IMG/VR virus record: IMGVR_UViG_3300005239_000190
Source of the DNA: an uncultured virus (IMG/VR IMGVR_UViG_3300005239_000190)
Taxonomy: Duplodnaviria > Heunggongvirae > Uroviricota > Caudoviricetes
Length of the DNA: 35,580 nucleotides
Reading direction: 5' to 3' (one strand)
Shown: piece by piece, positions 21,138 through 30,507 of the stretch
Position numbering within the stretch: position 1 is the first letter of the stretch
Layout: each line of letters starts with the position of its first letter
The notes under the pieces: model-generated
The model's input: only the letters and a program-made list of their open reading frames with translations
What the model was told of the DNA's origin: nothing
Databases searched by the model: none
Position numbers and translations under genes: made by a program

Positions 21138-21168
21138 AATATAATATAATTAAATAATTAGTAAAAAA

Positions 21169-23577
21169 TTACTTTGGTTCAAATTGTTCTAAACCAAACC
21201 CGCCTAAAACATCAAAACCCGAAGATTCAAAGCTTTTTGGTGGAGTATTGTTTTGCCGTTGATTAATAAGCTCGCTTTGCTGTGATGCAACCAATTTAGA
21301 GCGGTTATCTTTACGGTCTTCTTTATTATTTTCTTTGGTGGTTTGTGCTTGAGAGTTTATTCGAGCAAGCTGCATGTTATAATTAAACTCCTCACCCATT
21401 AATTGCTTTTTAATAGCCGCCTCTTGTTGCAGCTTTTGAATTTCAAATTGCACTTTAGCCTGCTCTAGCTGTATCTTTTGTTCATTTATAACTTGCTGCT
21501 TTTGTGTTTCAGCTAAAGCGGTTTGTTCGGCTAATTGGGCGTTTGCTTGAGCTTGGGCTGCAATGTTAGCCTGCTGCGCTTGTTGATCACGCTTGGCTTT
21601 TTGCTGTTGCCTAATTTTTAAAAACTCATTAGCGGTTTTTATATTTGCAATGTTTCTAATATCTATTGCGTCGTCTAGACCAATTAACCCAGCGGACAAG
21701 GCTGTTTGCACGTTGTTTTCTAGTTTTGCTTTTTCTTCATCGTCCGGCATTAGTTCTAAAAATATGCCAAAGTCATGCATCTGTAGTGAGGCTAATTCCT
21801 CTAGGGTACCCACGTTGTAATTACTTACAGATTTTTTTAAAGATTCCGCTGTTAGCGGGTACGCTAAAGCGTCTGCTAATCGAAGTGCAATATTTTCACA
21901 CGTTGATAATGTAATAAACAATTGAGCTTGTAATATGTGTCTTGTGGCTGTATTAGAATTAGCTGCCGCTATTTTTTGTAAACCTACCAAAGCATTTTTA
22001 TCCGGTGTACTACCGTCTCTTGCTTCATTTAACCCGGTCACGTCCCGAATCATTTGTAAATAATACTGATATGTAGATATTAAAGCCGAAAGCTTACTCA
22101 TGCCATTAGACGACTGCAGCTCCTGAATTGGCACCTTGCCTCTATTAATATCACCATCTTGCGTTAAGCTCCTGCCTACAATGCTACCGGTTTGGAAGTA
22201 CATATTAAGCGCCTCAGCTGGATTATAGTTTGTTCCGTTTCCTAAGTCAACTTCGGCTAAGCCATCAACATCAAGATAAACGCCGTCTGGTACCACCCTG
22301 CTAATAACTTGCTGCATTTTCAAATGTGTTATTTGAATCATATCAGCAAATCCAGTTATTCTATTTACTAAAGAATCTATTCTACCTTTATACATTCTTG
22401 GTGCACAAATTGAATAATTCATTTTTATTTTAGTGGTATCAGCAAATGGGCGAGTCATATTTTCTGCTAAATCCCATTTGAGCATTTTATTGTAGCCCAG
22501 CACTTTAGCTCCGGAATATAAAACCTCTATGCTTCGACCCACCCTTTCAAAGTTATCATTTTCAGGCGGGTTAAATGTATCTGGCTTTTCTAGAGTCTTT
22601 TCTAGGCCAGCATCATTTCTTTTAATTTTAAATACTTGGTCATTATATGTTTTGTATTCAAAAAATAAAATATTAATTTGGTTGTCGTCTGTTCCAGCTC
22701 CGTAATAATTTCTTAAATGATTGTTAGGGCTGCTACCCCACTTTTGTATTTCAGATAACTCTTGATCTGATAAATAAGGAAATTGCTTTTTAACTTCTGC
22801 TAATGATATTGTTTTAACTTCACCAACATAATATAAATCTTCAAAGTTTGGGTCTTCTGTATAAGAGTACACCATGCTAGCTGGGTCGACATATTCAACC
22901 TTTACGCCATCAGAGGAATTAAAATTTGTTTTAGTAGCGCCAATGCCAGTAACAACTAAATCATAAAGGACCCGCTTCCTCAGCTCGTCGTATCTATTTT
23001 TATCTAATATTGTATTAATAGCTTCTTCTTCGGCTATTTCTACAGATTCTTTAAATTCAAGCTGCATTTTTAATGATAGCTCGTTTATATCATTAGGGAG
23101 CTGCTCTTTGTTTGTTGAATATAAATTTAGCCCCAATGTACTTTCCACATTATCTAAAAAATCTTTTGCTGTCATATCGCGTTGCAAGCGCTCAGCGTAA
23201 TCTGTTCTTTTCTTTAAAGACTCGGGGTCCTGAGCAAATGCTTTTATCTCATAACTTCTTTGCGACATTCCATTTACAACAATGTCAACAAACTTAGATA
23301 TTACAGGGATTGGTTTCCAATCTAAATTTAAGTAAGATAAATCACCGTTAATTGCTAACTCATCTTTGTATTTTTGTATAGGCTGCTCTCCTCTGGCATA
23401 CAGTTTTAGCCTATGAAAATTTTGGAAGTTAGCCGTAAACCTATCATTACCCCGGTTATTTCTAAACCATTCGTTTTCGATAGCCTTGCCTACAGCCGCG
23501 CCGTATTCTAAATTTAGCTTTTCCACCGCGGGTACCACCTGGTCGGGAAATGAACTATTGTAGCTACTATATACCAT
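21169..23577 (-). CDS. Portal protein
   Basis: 802 aa directly after TerL; PIPVISKFVDIVVNG, YVDPASMVYSY, IRDVTGLNEARDG and a Gln-rich C-terminal coiled coil (barrel) typical of podoviral portals. Confidence 0.85.
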   Translation of the reverse strand: MVYSSYNSSFPDQVVPAVEKLNLEYGAAVGKAIENEWFRNNRGNDRFTANFQNFHRLKLYARGEQPIQKYKDELAINGDLSYLNLDWKPIPVISKFVDIVVNGMSQRSYEIKAFAQDPESLKKRTDYAERLQRDMTAKDFLDNVESTLGLNLYSTNKEQLPNDINELSLKMQLEFKESVEIAEEEAINTILDKNRYDELRKRVLYDLVVTGIGATKTNFNSSDGVKVEYVDPASMVYSYTEDPNFEDLYYVGEVKTISLAEVKKQFPYLSDQELSEIQKWGSSPNNHLRNYYGAGTDDNQINILFFEYKTYNDQVFKIKRNDAGLEKTLEKPDTFNPPENDNFERVGRSIEVLYSGAKVLGYNKMLKWDLAENMTRPFADTTKIKMNYSICAPRMYKGRIDSLVNRITGFADMIQITHLKMQQVISRVVPDGVYLDVDGLAEVDLGNGTNYNPAEALNMYFQTGSIVGRSLTQDGDINRGKVPIQELQSSNGMSKLSALISTYQYYLQMIRDVTGLNEARDGSTPDKNALVGLQKIAAANSNTATRHILQAQLFITLSTCENIALRLADALAYPLTAESLKKSVSNYNVGTLEELASLQMHDFGIFLELMPDDEEKAKLENNVQTALSAGLIGLDDAIDIRNIANIKTANEFLKIRQQQKAKRDQQAQQANIAAQAQANAQLAEQTALAETQKQQVINEQKIQLEQAKVQFEIQKLQQEAAIKKQLMGEEFNYNMQLARINSQAQTTKENNKEDRKDNRSKLVASQQSELINQRQNNTPPKSFESSGFDVLGGFGLEQFEPK

Positions 23578-25791
23578 TTATATTATTTTTGAACTATATC
23601 CTTTATTATTATACTTTTTAATACTTAAAGTATGTGATTTTATTATTTTTTCCGCCCTAGGGCTATATTTGTTTTTATTACAAGCCATTATAGCTAAGCC
23701 TGAGCTAATAGAGGCATCGTGCTTAGTTCTGTTGTTAATATTAAATTTACCCCAGTCTTCTAATGTGTTTTGAAAGTATGTAGTCCCGTAGGTATTGTCG
23801 CTTAATAGGCCTACGTAAGTTTCTATATAACTCTCAATAGCAGCCGCATGGGCTTGTTTAATATCTTCGCTTGAGTTAGGCATTCCTCCTATTTCTTTTT
23901 CTGTAACCGAAAGCTTATTTAAAAGCTTATCTGGGCGGTTCATTGAAAATCCTCTATATCCTCTTCTTTTTAAATAATACAATAATCGAGGCTTATTATT
24001 TTCAGCCAATATTGGCATGCCATAAAATACTAAAGCCATAAGTACGTCCTCAAAAAATATTTCAGCCGTCTGTGGTCTTGAAATATATTCTAAAAAAAAC
24101 GTATTAGCCGGTGCATCTTCTAAACTAAACTTTGTTAAGCCATGCAAAGACCCCTTTGATCCCTTGCCATCAGTCGTTCCTGATATGTCATAACTATCAC
24201 ATCCAAACGCACCCATATGTTCATTGCCTGGGTATTTCATGCCATTTTTTACTATTACACGGTTTTGTTGGTTTTTATTAGGAATCCAAGATATTAAAAA
24301 TCTTCCATCTTTATTAGGCGAAAATATTACTCTTGTATCTTGAATACCGTTTTCCCAATAAAAGCTTCCGCGTGTTACAGTGCTAGAGTTTTTTAAATCT
24401 TCGTTGTAATCTATTTGCTGATATATTTTAGTTAGATTGAATAAAGACTCTTTAGCCTCATCCCTAAAAGCATGCTGCTCCGTTCTTGGGAATTGACGAT
24501 AATATTCATTTAATCCATCTTGATCACTTTTAAGACCATCAACTTCATTTTGCCAGTGCTCAATAACCCCCTGATCTATCGACTCTCCGTAAGGGCCTTT
24601 AACGGGCTTTTTGGGTGTATCGAATACAGGTATCCCATAAGAGTTAATGAATCCTTCGTAGTTCCATTCCATAGGTATGAACAAACTATATAGTCCCGAG
24701 CTAGTCTGTCCATTGCGGTTTCTTTTTGTAACATCTGAAGCGTAATATAGTTTTTTAAAATTTCCCCCTCCTTTGTCTAAAGAGTTAGATGTTGAACCCA
24801 TCATGCACTTACCTACAATCCTAGACCCTAAGCGTAAACAAGTTTTTGTTACTCGCCAGTTATTTAATATATTATCAGGTCTTTCCCATTTACCGCTTTC
24901 ATCGTGAACTAACAGTTTTAATTTTTCACCATCATAACTGTTGTCACCTGTGTTTTTCCAGTCAATAGTTGTGTCTAACCCCTCGAGCTCTTCTGGGTTT
25001 TCACCTTGATCAAGTTTTCTTCGAGTTAGTTTTGAAGCAGGAACCCTGTATGCTAATTCTGTTTTTGGACGGTCCATACCGTCTTGTATTGGTTTAAAAA
25101 AGAAAGGGTAATTTACCGATATAGGCACTACCTTGTCTGTAAACATTTTTTTAGCATCAGCCCCTGATTTTGATAATATACCGAATCTTGAGTCGCTAGA
25201 TATTGTTGCAAGGTTAACAGTTTCCCCTGATGCCATGAAGCTAAAGCCAGACCGTCTGTTTTTGAGGTAGCACATGCCATAGCATCTTGTGTCCGCTTTG
25301 CAAGCTTCCCAGAATATAAAAAATAGTCTGTTTGACTCCCTAAATTCTGCTGCCCCAACATCAATTTTGGCCCACTGCAGGTACATAAAGTGAGTACCAG
25401 TAACGTAAGTAGCCAAACCCTTATTATAGAACCAAAACCCTTGCGATCTGCGATTAAATTCTTTATCAATGTAGTCATAATATTTATCCTTGAAATACTC
25501 AGGCTTTGCGTTCCATTCAAATACACTTTTAATTTTTTGCAGCTCTTTAGGATAATCTAATCTGCCCCATTTGTCTGCCTTAAAAGCGTGCACGCTTGTT
25601 TCTTTAGGCAGTGCTATTTTTAAGTTTTGTATTTCATATATCTCACCTATCTGCCCGGTCTTGCTTATTACTACAACGTCATATTCTTTGTTATAGCCAT
25701 ATTTCCATTTTTTATAACGGTTGTTTTTCTTAATCACGCTTTTTTTAATGTGATCAGGTAAAACCTTATATAATGTTTGCTCGTATATCAT
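23578..25791 (-). CDS. terL: Terminase large subunit
   Basis: Walker A-like YLKNRRSGFS, Walker B LLVHDESGKW, motif III MMGSTSN, and nuclease motifs GAFGCDSYD, ILAENN, HDASISSGLA. Confidence 0.9.
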   Translation of the reverse strand: MIYEQTLYKVLPDHIKKSVIKKNNRYKKWKYGYNKEYDVVVISKTGQIGEIYEIQNLKIALPKETSVHAFKADKWGRLDYPKELQKIKSVFEWNAKPEYFKDKYYDYIDKEFNRRSQGFWFYNKGLATYVTGTHFMYLQWAKIDVGAAEFRESNRLFFIFWEACKADTRCYGMCYLKNRRSGFSFMASGETVNLATISSDSRFGILSKSGADAKKMFTDKVVPISVNYPFFFKPIQDGMDRPKTELAYRVPASKLTRRKLDQGENPEELEGLDTTIDWKNTGDNSYDGEKLKLLVHDESGKWERPDNILNNWRVTKTCLRLGSRIVGKCMMGSTSNSLDKGGGNFKKLYYASDVTKRNRNGQTSSGLYSLFIPMEWNYEGFINSYGIPVFDTPKKPVKGPYGESIDQGVIEHWQNEVDGLKSDQDGLNEYYRQFPRTEQHAFRDEAKESLFNLTKIYQQIDYNEDLKNSSTVTRGSFYWENGIQDTRVIFSPNKDGRFLISWIPNKNQQNRVIVKNGMKYPGNEHMGAFGCDSYDISGTTDGKGSKGSLHGLTKFSLEDAPANTFFLEYISRPQTAEIFFEDVLMALVFYGMPILAENNKPRLLYYLKRRGYRGFSMNRPDKLLNKLSVTEKEIGGMPNSSEDIKQAHAAAIESYIETYVGLLSDNTYGTTYFQNTLEDWGKFNINNRTKHDASISSGLAIMACNKNKYSPRAEKIIKSHTLSIKKYNNKGYSSKII

Positions 25792-26063
25792 TGTGATCTA
25801 CCCTCTGCAAAACCTTTAAACGAACTTGCTCGTGTATTATTTTCTTTTCCATCAAGCATAGCCTGTTCTTCTTCTATGCGATTTAAAATTTCAAATGCAT
25901 CAAATATAGCCAGCTTTTTGGTAGCCGCAGCGTTTTTAAGTCGGTCAGCCGAAACATCATCTTCGGTGTTGGTGATAATTTTTTCTTCTGCAACTTTTAT
26001 AAGCTCGCTAACTGCGCGTCGCCCAGCTTGGATTATACTCTTTTTCGTTTCCTTTACGGTCAT
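25788..26063 (-). CDS. Small helical protein, possible terminase small subunit
   Basis: 91 aa, all-helical, ATGA-coupled to terL; assignment is positional. Confidence 0.45.
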   Translation of the reverse strand: MTVKETKKSIIQAGRRAVSELIKVAEEKIITNTEDDVSADRLKNAAATKKLAIFDAFEILNRIEEEQAMLDGKENNTRASSFKGFAEGRSQ

Positions 26064-26613
26064 ATTTAATTACAATATCATTTGATTTCATACAATATAA
26101 GCGCTCATTATTTATAATAAACTCAAACTCACCAAAGGGTGTAAACCCAATTAAGTCTCCTGGGCTTATTTTAAGCGCTTCTAACGTCTTATTTCCATAT
26201 TTTAATATACCAACTAGGGGCTTCTCAAAATTAATTGAAAACATAGCGTTTTCTTTAACAGGTTTTATAAAACAATATTCTAAATTTGCGTGCCATGTTT
26301 TATTTTTTTTATACATATAGACTTGATCCATATTGACAAAATACAAATCATTTTTAAAATATGTACTACCATTTTTTTCTTTGCCTTTAATATCATAATA
26401 TCTTCTAAATATGTTATGATGTATAATAACTTTATCGCCTGGCTCTATATTTGTTTTAAAAGCTTTAGGCGTGGCCACAACAATAGCTTCTTTGCTTATA
26501 TAGCGAAAAGACTCTATATTGGTATTCAATATCAAATCATTGTCGCCAACTTTTTTTTTGTTATTGTATCTACCTTCTGCGGGTTTAACAATAAAACTAT
26601 ACAGGCTTTCCAT
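26008..26613 (-). CDS. Tandem two-domain GroES-like co-chaperonin
   Basis: Two repeats of the GroES pattern: FIVKP...AIVVATP...IEPGDKVII...LYFVNMDQVY and CFIKP...GILKYGN...ISPGDLIGF...FIINNERLYCMKSNDIV. Confidence 0.65.
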   Translation of the reverse strand: MESLYSFIVKPAEGRYNNKKKVGDNDLILNTNIESFRYISKEAIVVATPKAFKTNIEPGDKVIIHHNIFRRYYDIKGKEKNGSTYFKNDLYFVNMDQVYMYKKNKTWHANLEYCFIKPVKENAMFSINFEKPLVGILKYGNKTLEALKISPGDLIGFTPFGEFEFIINNERLYCMKSNDIVIKYDRKGNEKEYNPSWATRS

Positions 26614-26840
26614 TAATACTCTAAATCATACTCAACGGATATTGCCATGTTTTGATTAAACTTTTTCCACGGCAACACCTCGTTTTGTTTTTTTATATAA
26701 ATATTGTAAGAGTTGTCAGTATTGTCAAATAATATATTTGATATTTCGTGCCCGCCATAAACCTGCTGCCCTACAGAATAGTGCATTGCGTCGTTCTTAT
26801 AATCAGAGCCAATACTGATTTTTCTTATATTGTTATCCAT
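26613..26840 (-). CDS. Hypothetical small beta-rich protein
   Basis: 75-aa ORF whose start and stop overlap those of both neighbours. Confidence 0.6.
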   Translation of the reverse strand: MDNNIRKISIGSDYKNDAMHYSVGQQVYGGHEISNILFDNTDNSYNIYIKKQNEVLPWKKFNQNMAISVEYDLEY

Positions 26841-27066
26841 CTTTATTTAGCTCTGTGTATTCTCCAGTTTCAAGATTAATATTTACTTGGCCATATTCAG
26901 CTTCAAGTTCTTTTTTATAATCTTCTACTTCTTTACTAACATTTGCAAACTCATGCAGCAACCCATGCTTTTGAGCTTCTAAATAACCCATTTGATTTAA
27001 TAGTTCATTTAGTTTAGTTTGCTGCTCACGTACTTTAGCTAGTTGCTTATCTTTAATTTTTGTCAT
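26833..27066 (-). CDS. Hypothetical coiled-coil protein
   Basis: 77 aa heptad helix plus a terminal beta-hairpin (YGQVNINLETGEY); A/T-rich leader. Confidence 0.6.
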   Translation of the reverse strand: MTKIKDKQLAKVREQQTKLNELLNQMGYLEAQKHGLLHEFANVSKEVEDYKKELEAEYGQVNINLETGEYTELNKDG

Positions 27067-27085
27067 TTAATTTAATTTAAGTTAA

Positions 27086-27481
27086 TTATTTTGATTGCAT
27101 GGATTTTGCTTTCTCCCAGCTACGACCTACAAAATAGGCTCCATACACTGTAACTAAAAGTGTTTGAAATATAGGTATGTATTCTTCAGCAATGCTAAAC
27201 TCACCTATATTGCCATCAAAAAATGCACAAACTGTAAATATAACAGTTAAATATATTAATACTAATGGCCTTATATTTTTAGACAACTTGGAATCAGAAG
27301 TCATATCCGCTTGCCATCTTGCCGTGACCTGCTCTTGCGCTTCTTTATCTGCTTTTTCTAGTATTTCTGTTATAAGGCGCTGCGCCTCTAATTTTTCTTC
27401 TTTAGTTGTAGTTAGGTTATCTAAAACCTCGCCAACCTCTTTTATAACAGAACCAGTAAGCCACTGCCAAATTTTTTTCAT
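27086..27481 (-). CDS. Holin, GTA_holin_3TM-like
   Basis: TTKEEKL...RWQADMTSDSKLSKNIRPLVLIYL...LLVTVYGAYFVGRSWEK with two clear transmembrane segments and a basic C-terminus. Confidence 0.8.
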   Translation of the reverse strand: MKKIWQWLTGSVIKEVGEVLDNLTTTKEEKLEAQRLITEILEKADKEAQEQVTARWQADMTSDSKLSKNIRPLVLIYLTVIFTVCAFFDGNIGEFSIAEEYIPIFQTLLVTVYGAYFVGRSWEKAKSMQSK

Positions 27482-28212
27482 TATATTTTAAATCTTTTTA
27501 AATTGTTTTCAGTAAAGTAAAATCCTGTATTGTGCACTTCATTTATATCAAACCAAACAGTATTACTTTTTGGGTTTAATAATATATGATGATCTTGCGC
27601 TGGCATAAAACTTTGTGAAATCATTATTTTTTTATTTCCACATTCGTTTTCTATTATGTCCACAATAGTTACGGCATGACCTGGAAATCCACCTATAACA
27701 AATATATCACCGGCAGACATGTCATTTATGTTTACAGGTGTCGTATCGTACTCGTTTATTGACCACGTTCCAGCATAAGACCATATAATAACCATATACT
27801 TATTTAAGCTTTTAAACGTATTGCTAAGATTCTTTTGTTTTAAAAATTCACTATAGCTGTACTTTGTGCCGTCTGTAAATGTAAATGTTATTTTATTTAT
27901 ATCGCCTTTATTAAAATGATACCAGGCTCTAAAATACATAGCCGCGTCCGCGCACTGATGCAAATTTCTTTTGCCAATATTGTAATCAAACTTTGCAGCA
28001 TAATAATCCCCCAATCCATATACAGTGTATCCGTCATAAGTTTTTACTTCTTCTACTTTTATTTCTTTATTAATTAACCATTTATGGTAATTAGTTTCAG
28101 CTATTCTTTTATAACTTTCTGGTATTTTAAAATAATTAGATATAGAAAGTTTGTCTTGAGCATTAGTAATGCCCAAGTAAAGAAAAGCTAAAATAAAAAC
28201 TAGCTTTTTCAT
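27481..28212 (-). CDS. Secreted DUF4846-like protein (Cys/His, papain-like motifs)
   Basis: Signal peptide MKKLVFILAFLYLGITNAQ; motifs LHQCADAAMYFRA, YAGTWSI, GDIFVIGGFPGHAVTIVD, SQSFMPAQ. Confidence 0.75.
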   Translation of the reverse strand: MKKLVFILAFLYLGITNAQDKLSISNYFKIPESYKRIAETNYHKWLINKEIKVEEVKTYDGYTVYGLGDYYAAKFDYNIGKRNLHQCADAAMYFRAWYHFNKGDINKITFTFTDGTKYSYSEFLKQKNLSNTFKSLNKYMVIIWSYAGTWSINEYDTTPVNINDMSAGDIFVIGGFPGHAVTIVDIIENECGNKKIMISQSFMPAQDHHILLNPKSNTVWFDINEVHNTGFYFTENNLKRFKI

Positions 28213-28226
28213 TTTATTAAATTAAA

Positions 28227-29174
28227 TTATTTATTTCTATTAAAAAAATTCGATATATTAGTTGGTAATTGTGCTGTTGGTTTTGCAGAACTTAGCTTAA
28301 CTGGTTTTGGTTTTAGAGCAATTATCGGTTTGTAAGGAGCAGCCTCCACGGCTTGTCTATATTGTTTTCGCAACGCCGGCAAATCTCCCGTATATTGCAT
28401 TAATCTGTTAGGATATATTCTTTTGTCCTCTGAAAGCTTTGCCTTCATGTTCGGGTAAAACTCCCCACTTTGCTCTATAAATTCTTTCGACTCCTCTTCG
28501 GACATACCTTTAAAATCAGATGGTTCAGCGTAGTACTCCGTTTTCTTCAAACCGTATTCCGGTGTTCCTGGATTATAAACATTCCGCCCTTCGCCTGTTT
28601 GAATTGTAGAGTGAGTTGTTATTCCATAGCCATAACCCACCCTAGTAACATCGCCTTCTTCTGGCAAACTACCAGGAGGTTTTAATTCAAATCCAAGCAT
28701 AGGTGCTACCGCGTCAAATTGTGCATTACCTGGTATGATTGGCATTTTGTCGCCGGGCTTGTAAGTAACATTGTTTATAGTTATTCCTTCTGGCCCAACT
28801 GAATTAGGAACAGTCACGCCTGCTTGGCGCATTATGCCGCAAGCATAAGTTGAGCAGCCCGAACCACCTCTACTTTGTAGCCATTCGTATGTTTTTTGCG
28901 GAATTACGCCAGCGCCCTTAACCCCGGCTCTCATGTCGTTTGTTCCGTAATCTATGGTATATGGCTGTGCAATTGTGTTCCCCTCCTCGTCAAATTCAGT
29001 TTCTCCCACAGCGGTTTCAGCAGTCTCGTCAATTTTTTTTCTGATATTCATGACTCTTTTACGCTCAACGTCTAACGCTTTCCGCGCATCTATACGTTTT
29101 TGACGTAAGTTTTCAGCGTCGGTATTTGTACTGCCAGAAGGCGGATCTGTTGGGTTGTTAAGTTTAAAAGCCAT
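28227..29174 (-). CDS. NlpC/P60/CHAP-like cysteine hydrolase domain protein
   Basis: GCSTYACGIMRQAG ... PEEGDVTRV ... THSTI follows the Cys / GD / His order of the NlpC/P60 superfamily. Confidence 0.55.
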   Translation of the reverse strand: MAFKLNNPTDPPSGSTNTDAENLRQKRIDARKALDVERKRVMNIRKKIDETAETAVGETEFDEEGNTIAQPYTIDYGTNDMRAGVKGAGVIPQKTYEWLQSRGGSGCSTYACGIMRQAGVTVPNSVGPEGITINNVTYKPGDKMPIIPGNAQFDAVAPMLGFELKPPGSLPEEGDVTRVGYGYGITTHSTIQTGEGRNVYNPGTPEYGLKKTEYYAEPSDFKGMSEEESKEFIEQSGEFYPNMKAKLSEDKRIYPNRLMQYTGDLPALRKQYRQAVEAAPYKPIIALKPKPVKLSSAKPTAQLPTNISNFFNRNK

Positions 29175-29210
29175 ATAAAATTATATCTATATTATTGCGT
29201 GTTAGCCGCT

Positions 29211-29489
29211 TTATTTACTATCGTACGCTTTTTTTAGTGGCGCACCATAGTTTAAGCCGGACTGTGGCATTGGCCCATTATTTGCTTTCATTTCTATAGG
29301 AGCTCCATACATTGAAGCCGGACTGGTGTTTGCTACAATAGCAGCCTGGCGTTTTGCTTCATATTTATTTAGCGTTCCGTCTTTATCTAAATCGCCTAGC
29401 AGCATTAAGCCACTGTCTCCTTTTAATTTGTCGGACAGTTTCATAATAGGATTTCCATTACCGCGTCCTGGTTTTTGTGTATATGCCAT
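29211..29489 (-). CDS. Small protein with an EF-hand-like loop
   Basis: 92 aa; DLDKDGTLNKYE; repeated YGAP motif. Confidence 0.6.
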   Translation of the reverse strand: MAYTQKPGRGNGNPIMKLSDKLKGDSGLMLLGDLDKDGTLNKYEAKRQAAIVANTSPASMYGAPIEMKANNGPMPQSGLNYGAPLKKAYDSK

Positions 29490-29499
29490 TTTTTTTATT

Positions 29500-29808
29500 T
29501 TATGCGTTTTTATATGCTTCTGCCTCCCAAGGCAATTTTTTATTTCCTTCCTGCATTTCTGATCTTAAATATTTTTTACCTTTCCAATAAACATATTTAT
29601 CGTCGTAATCTAGATCACCTCGCTTCATTTGATTTATATGAATCATTTCGTGATCTACAACATCCTTGAGCTGAACAGTGCTATTTATTTTATTGCTAAC
29701 AATAATTGTTCCATTGTTATTAGCTTTTCCTAAAACGCCATCTTCCATATCTACATGATAAATGGGAGTATTATCTAATGAGTAAGGGGGTTTTAACTTA
29801 AAAGCCAT
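29500..29808 (-). CDS. Minimal zincin metallopeptidase-like protein
   Basis: GVLGKA...IIVS...VVDHEMIHINQ...PWEAEAY: HExxH plus a distal Glu ligand. Confidence 0.7.
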   Translation of the reverse strand: MAFKLKPPYSLDNTPIYHVDMEDGVLGKANNNGTIIVSNKINSTVQLKDVVDHEMIHINQMKRGDLDYDDKYVYWKGKKYLRSEMQEGNKKLPWEAEAYKNA

Positions 29809-29975
29809 TATTTTTGTTTTCCGTATGGTACAACCTTATTAAGATATTCTTGCCGCTTTTTACATCCACAGCCGCCTGGTATATTTAAACCATCCGCTAG
29901 TCTATTAGCAAACTTATCTATACCTGTAGCTTTAGTAGCACGCGCTATAGTATCGCCAAGTCCTTTATCTTTCAT
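29808..29975 (-). CDS. Small phage protein with GLGDT...CGC..R motif (absent from ORF track)
   Basis: Translated by hand: MKDKGLGDTIARATKATGIDKFANRLADGLNIPGGCGCKKRQEYLNKVVPYGKQK*. It fills the gap between neighbours exactly, with a TAATG overlap. Confidence 0.75.
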   Translation of the reverse strand: MKDKGLGDTIARATKATGIDKFANRLADGLNIPGGCGCKKRQEYLNKVVPYGKQK

Positions 29976-29976
29976 A

Positions 29977-30291
29977 TTAGCAATTCCATTTTCTTCGTGC
30001 AGCTCTACCTCTTTCAGACTTCCAGCCTTTAGATCGTGCGCAAAATGATTTTCTGCGTTTCCACGCTTTACTTCCTTTTTTGAGCTTCGAAGGAGGCGTA
30101 GTTACAGCTGTTGATAGCTTACTACCTGGATTATCTTTACGGTATTTTTTAACGCCTTTTTCAGTCATGCCACCACCAGCTTTACTCCCGGTGCCGCTAC
30201 CCTTTTTTACTTTAGCGTAATACCCTTTCGATTTCTTTCTAGACGGAGCATCCCCTTTTTTATCTAACGGTGAGTTATGCTGAACGTACAT
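29977..30291 (-). CDS. Highly basic small protein (DUF6321-like)
   Basis: GGMTEKG...Y...NPGSKL...RRKSFCAR...RRKWNC; very Lys/Arg-rich. Confidence 0.6.
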   Translation of the reverse strand: MYVQHNSPLDKKGDAPSRKKSKGYYAKVKKGSGTGSKAGGGMTEKGVKKYRKDNPGSKLSTAVTTPPSKLKKGSKAWKRRKSFCARSKGWKSERGRAARRKWNC

Positions 30292-30293
30292 AA

Positions 30294-30488
30294 TTATTGT
30301 TTTGCGCGTTGTGTAATTGGTCCTTGCAATTCATATGATTTGCAGGGATACTTTTTTACTTGCATACCGTTTGGCCCGCGGTTACTTCCTTTAACTTGTG
30401 GAAGTTCGTCTAAATTAATAGGACCGTCCCATACGTGAGATTCCCCTACTGTTCCTTGCAATGGTTTTTTATAATTGTGTTTTGACAT
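30294..30488 (-). CDS. Hypothetical small protein
   Basis: 64-aa ORF tightly packed in the operon. Confidence 0.6.
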   Translation of the reverse strand: MSKHNYKKPLQGTVGESHVWDGPINLDELPQVKGSNRGPNGMQVKKYPCKSYELQGPITQRAKQ

Positions 30489-30507
30489 AATTAATTATTT
30501 ATTATTT

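Noticed and set aside
26833..27066. Prefoldin-like chaperone
   Set aside because: Only a generic coiled coil plus hairpin is present; the helix-hairpin-helix layout of prefoldin is missing.
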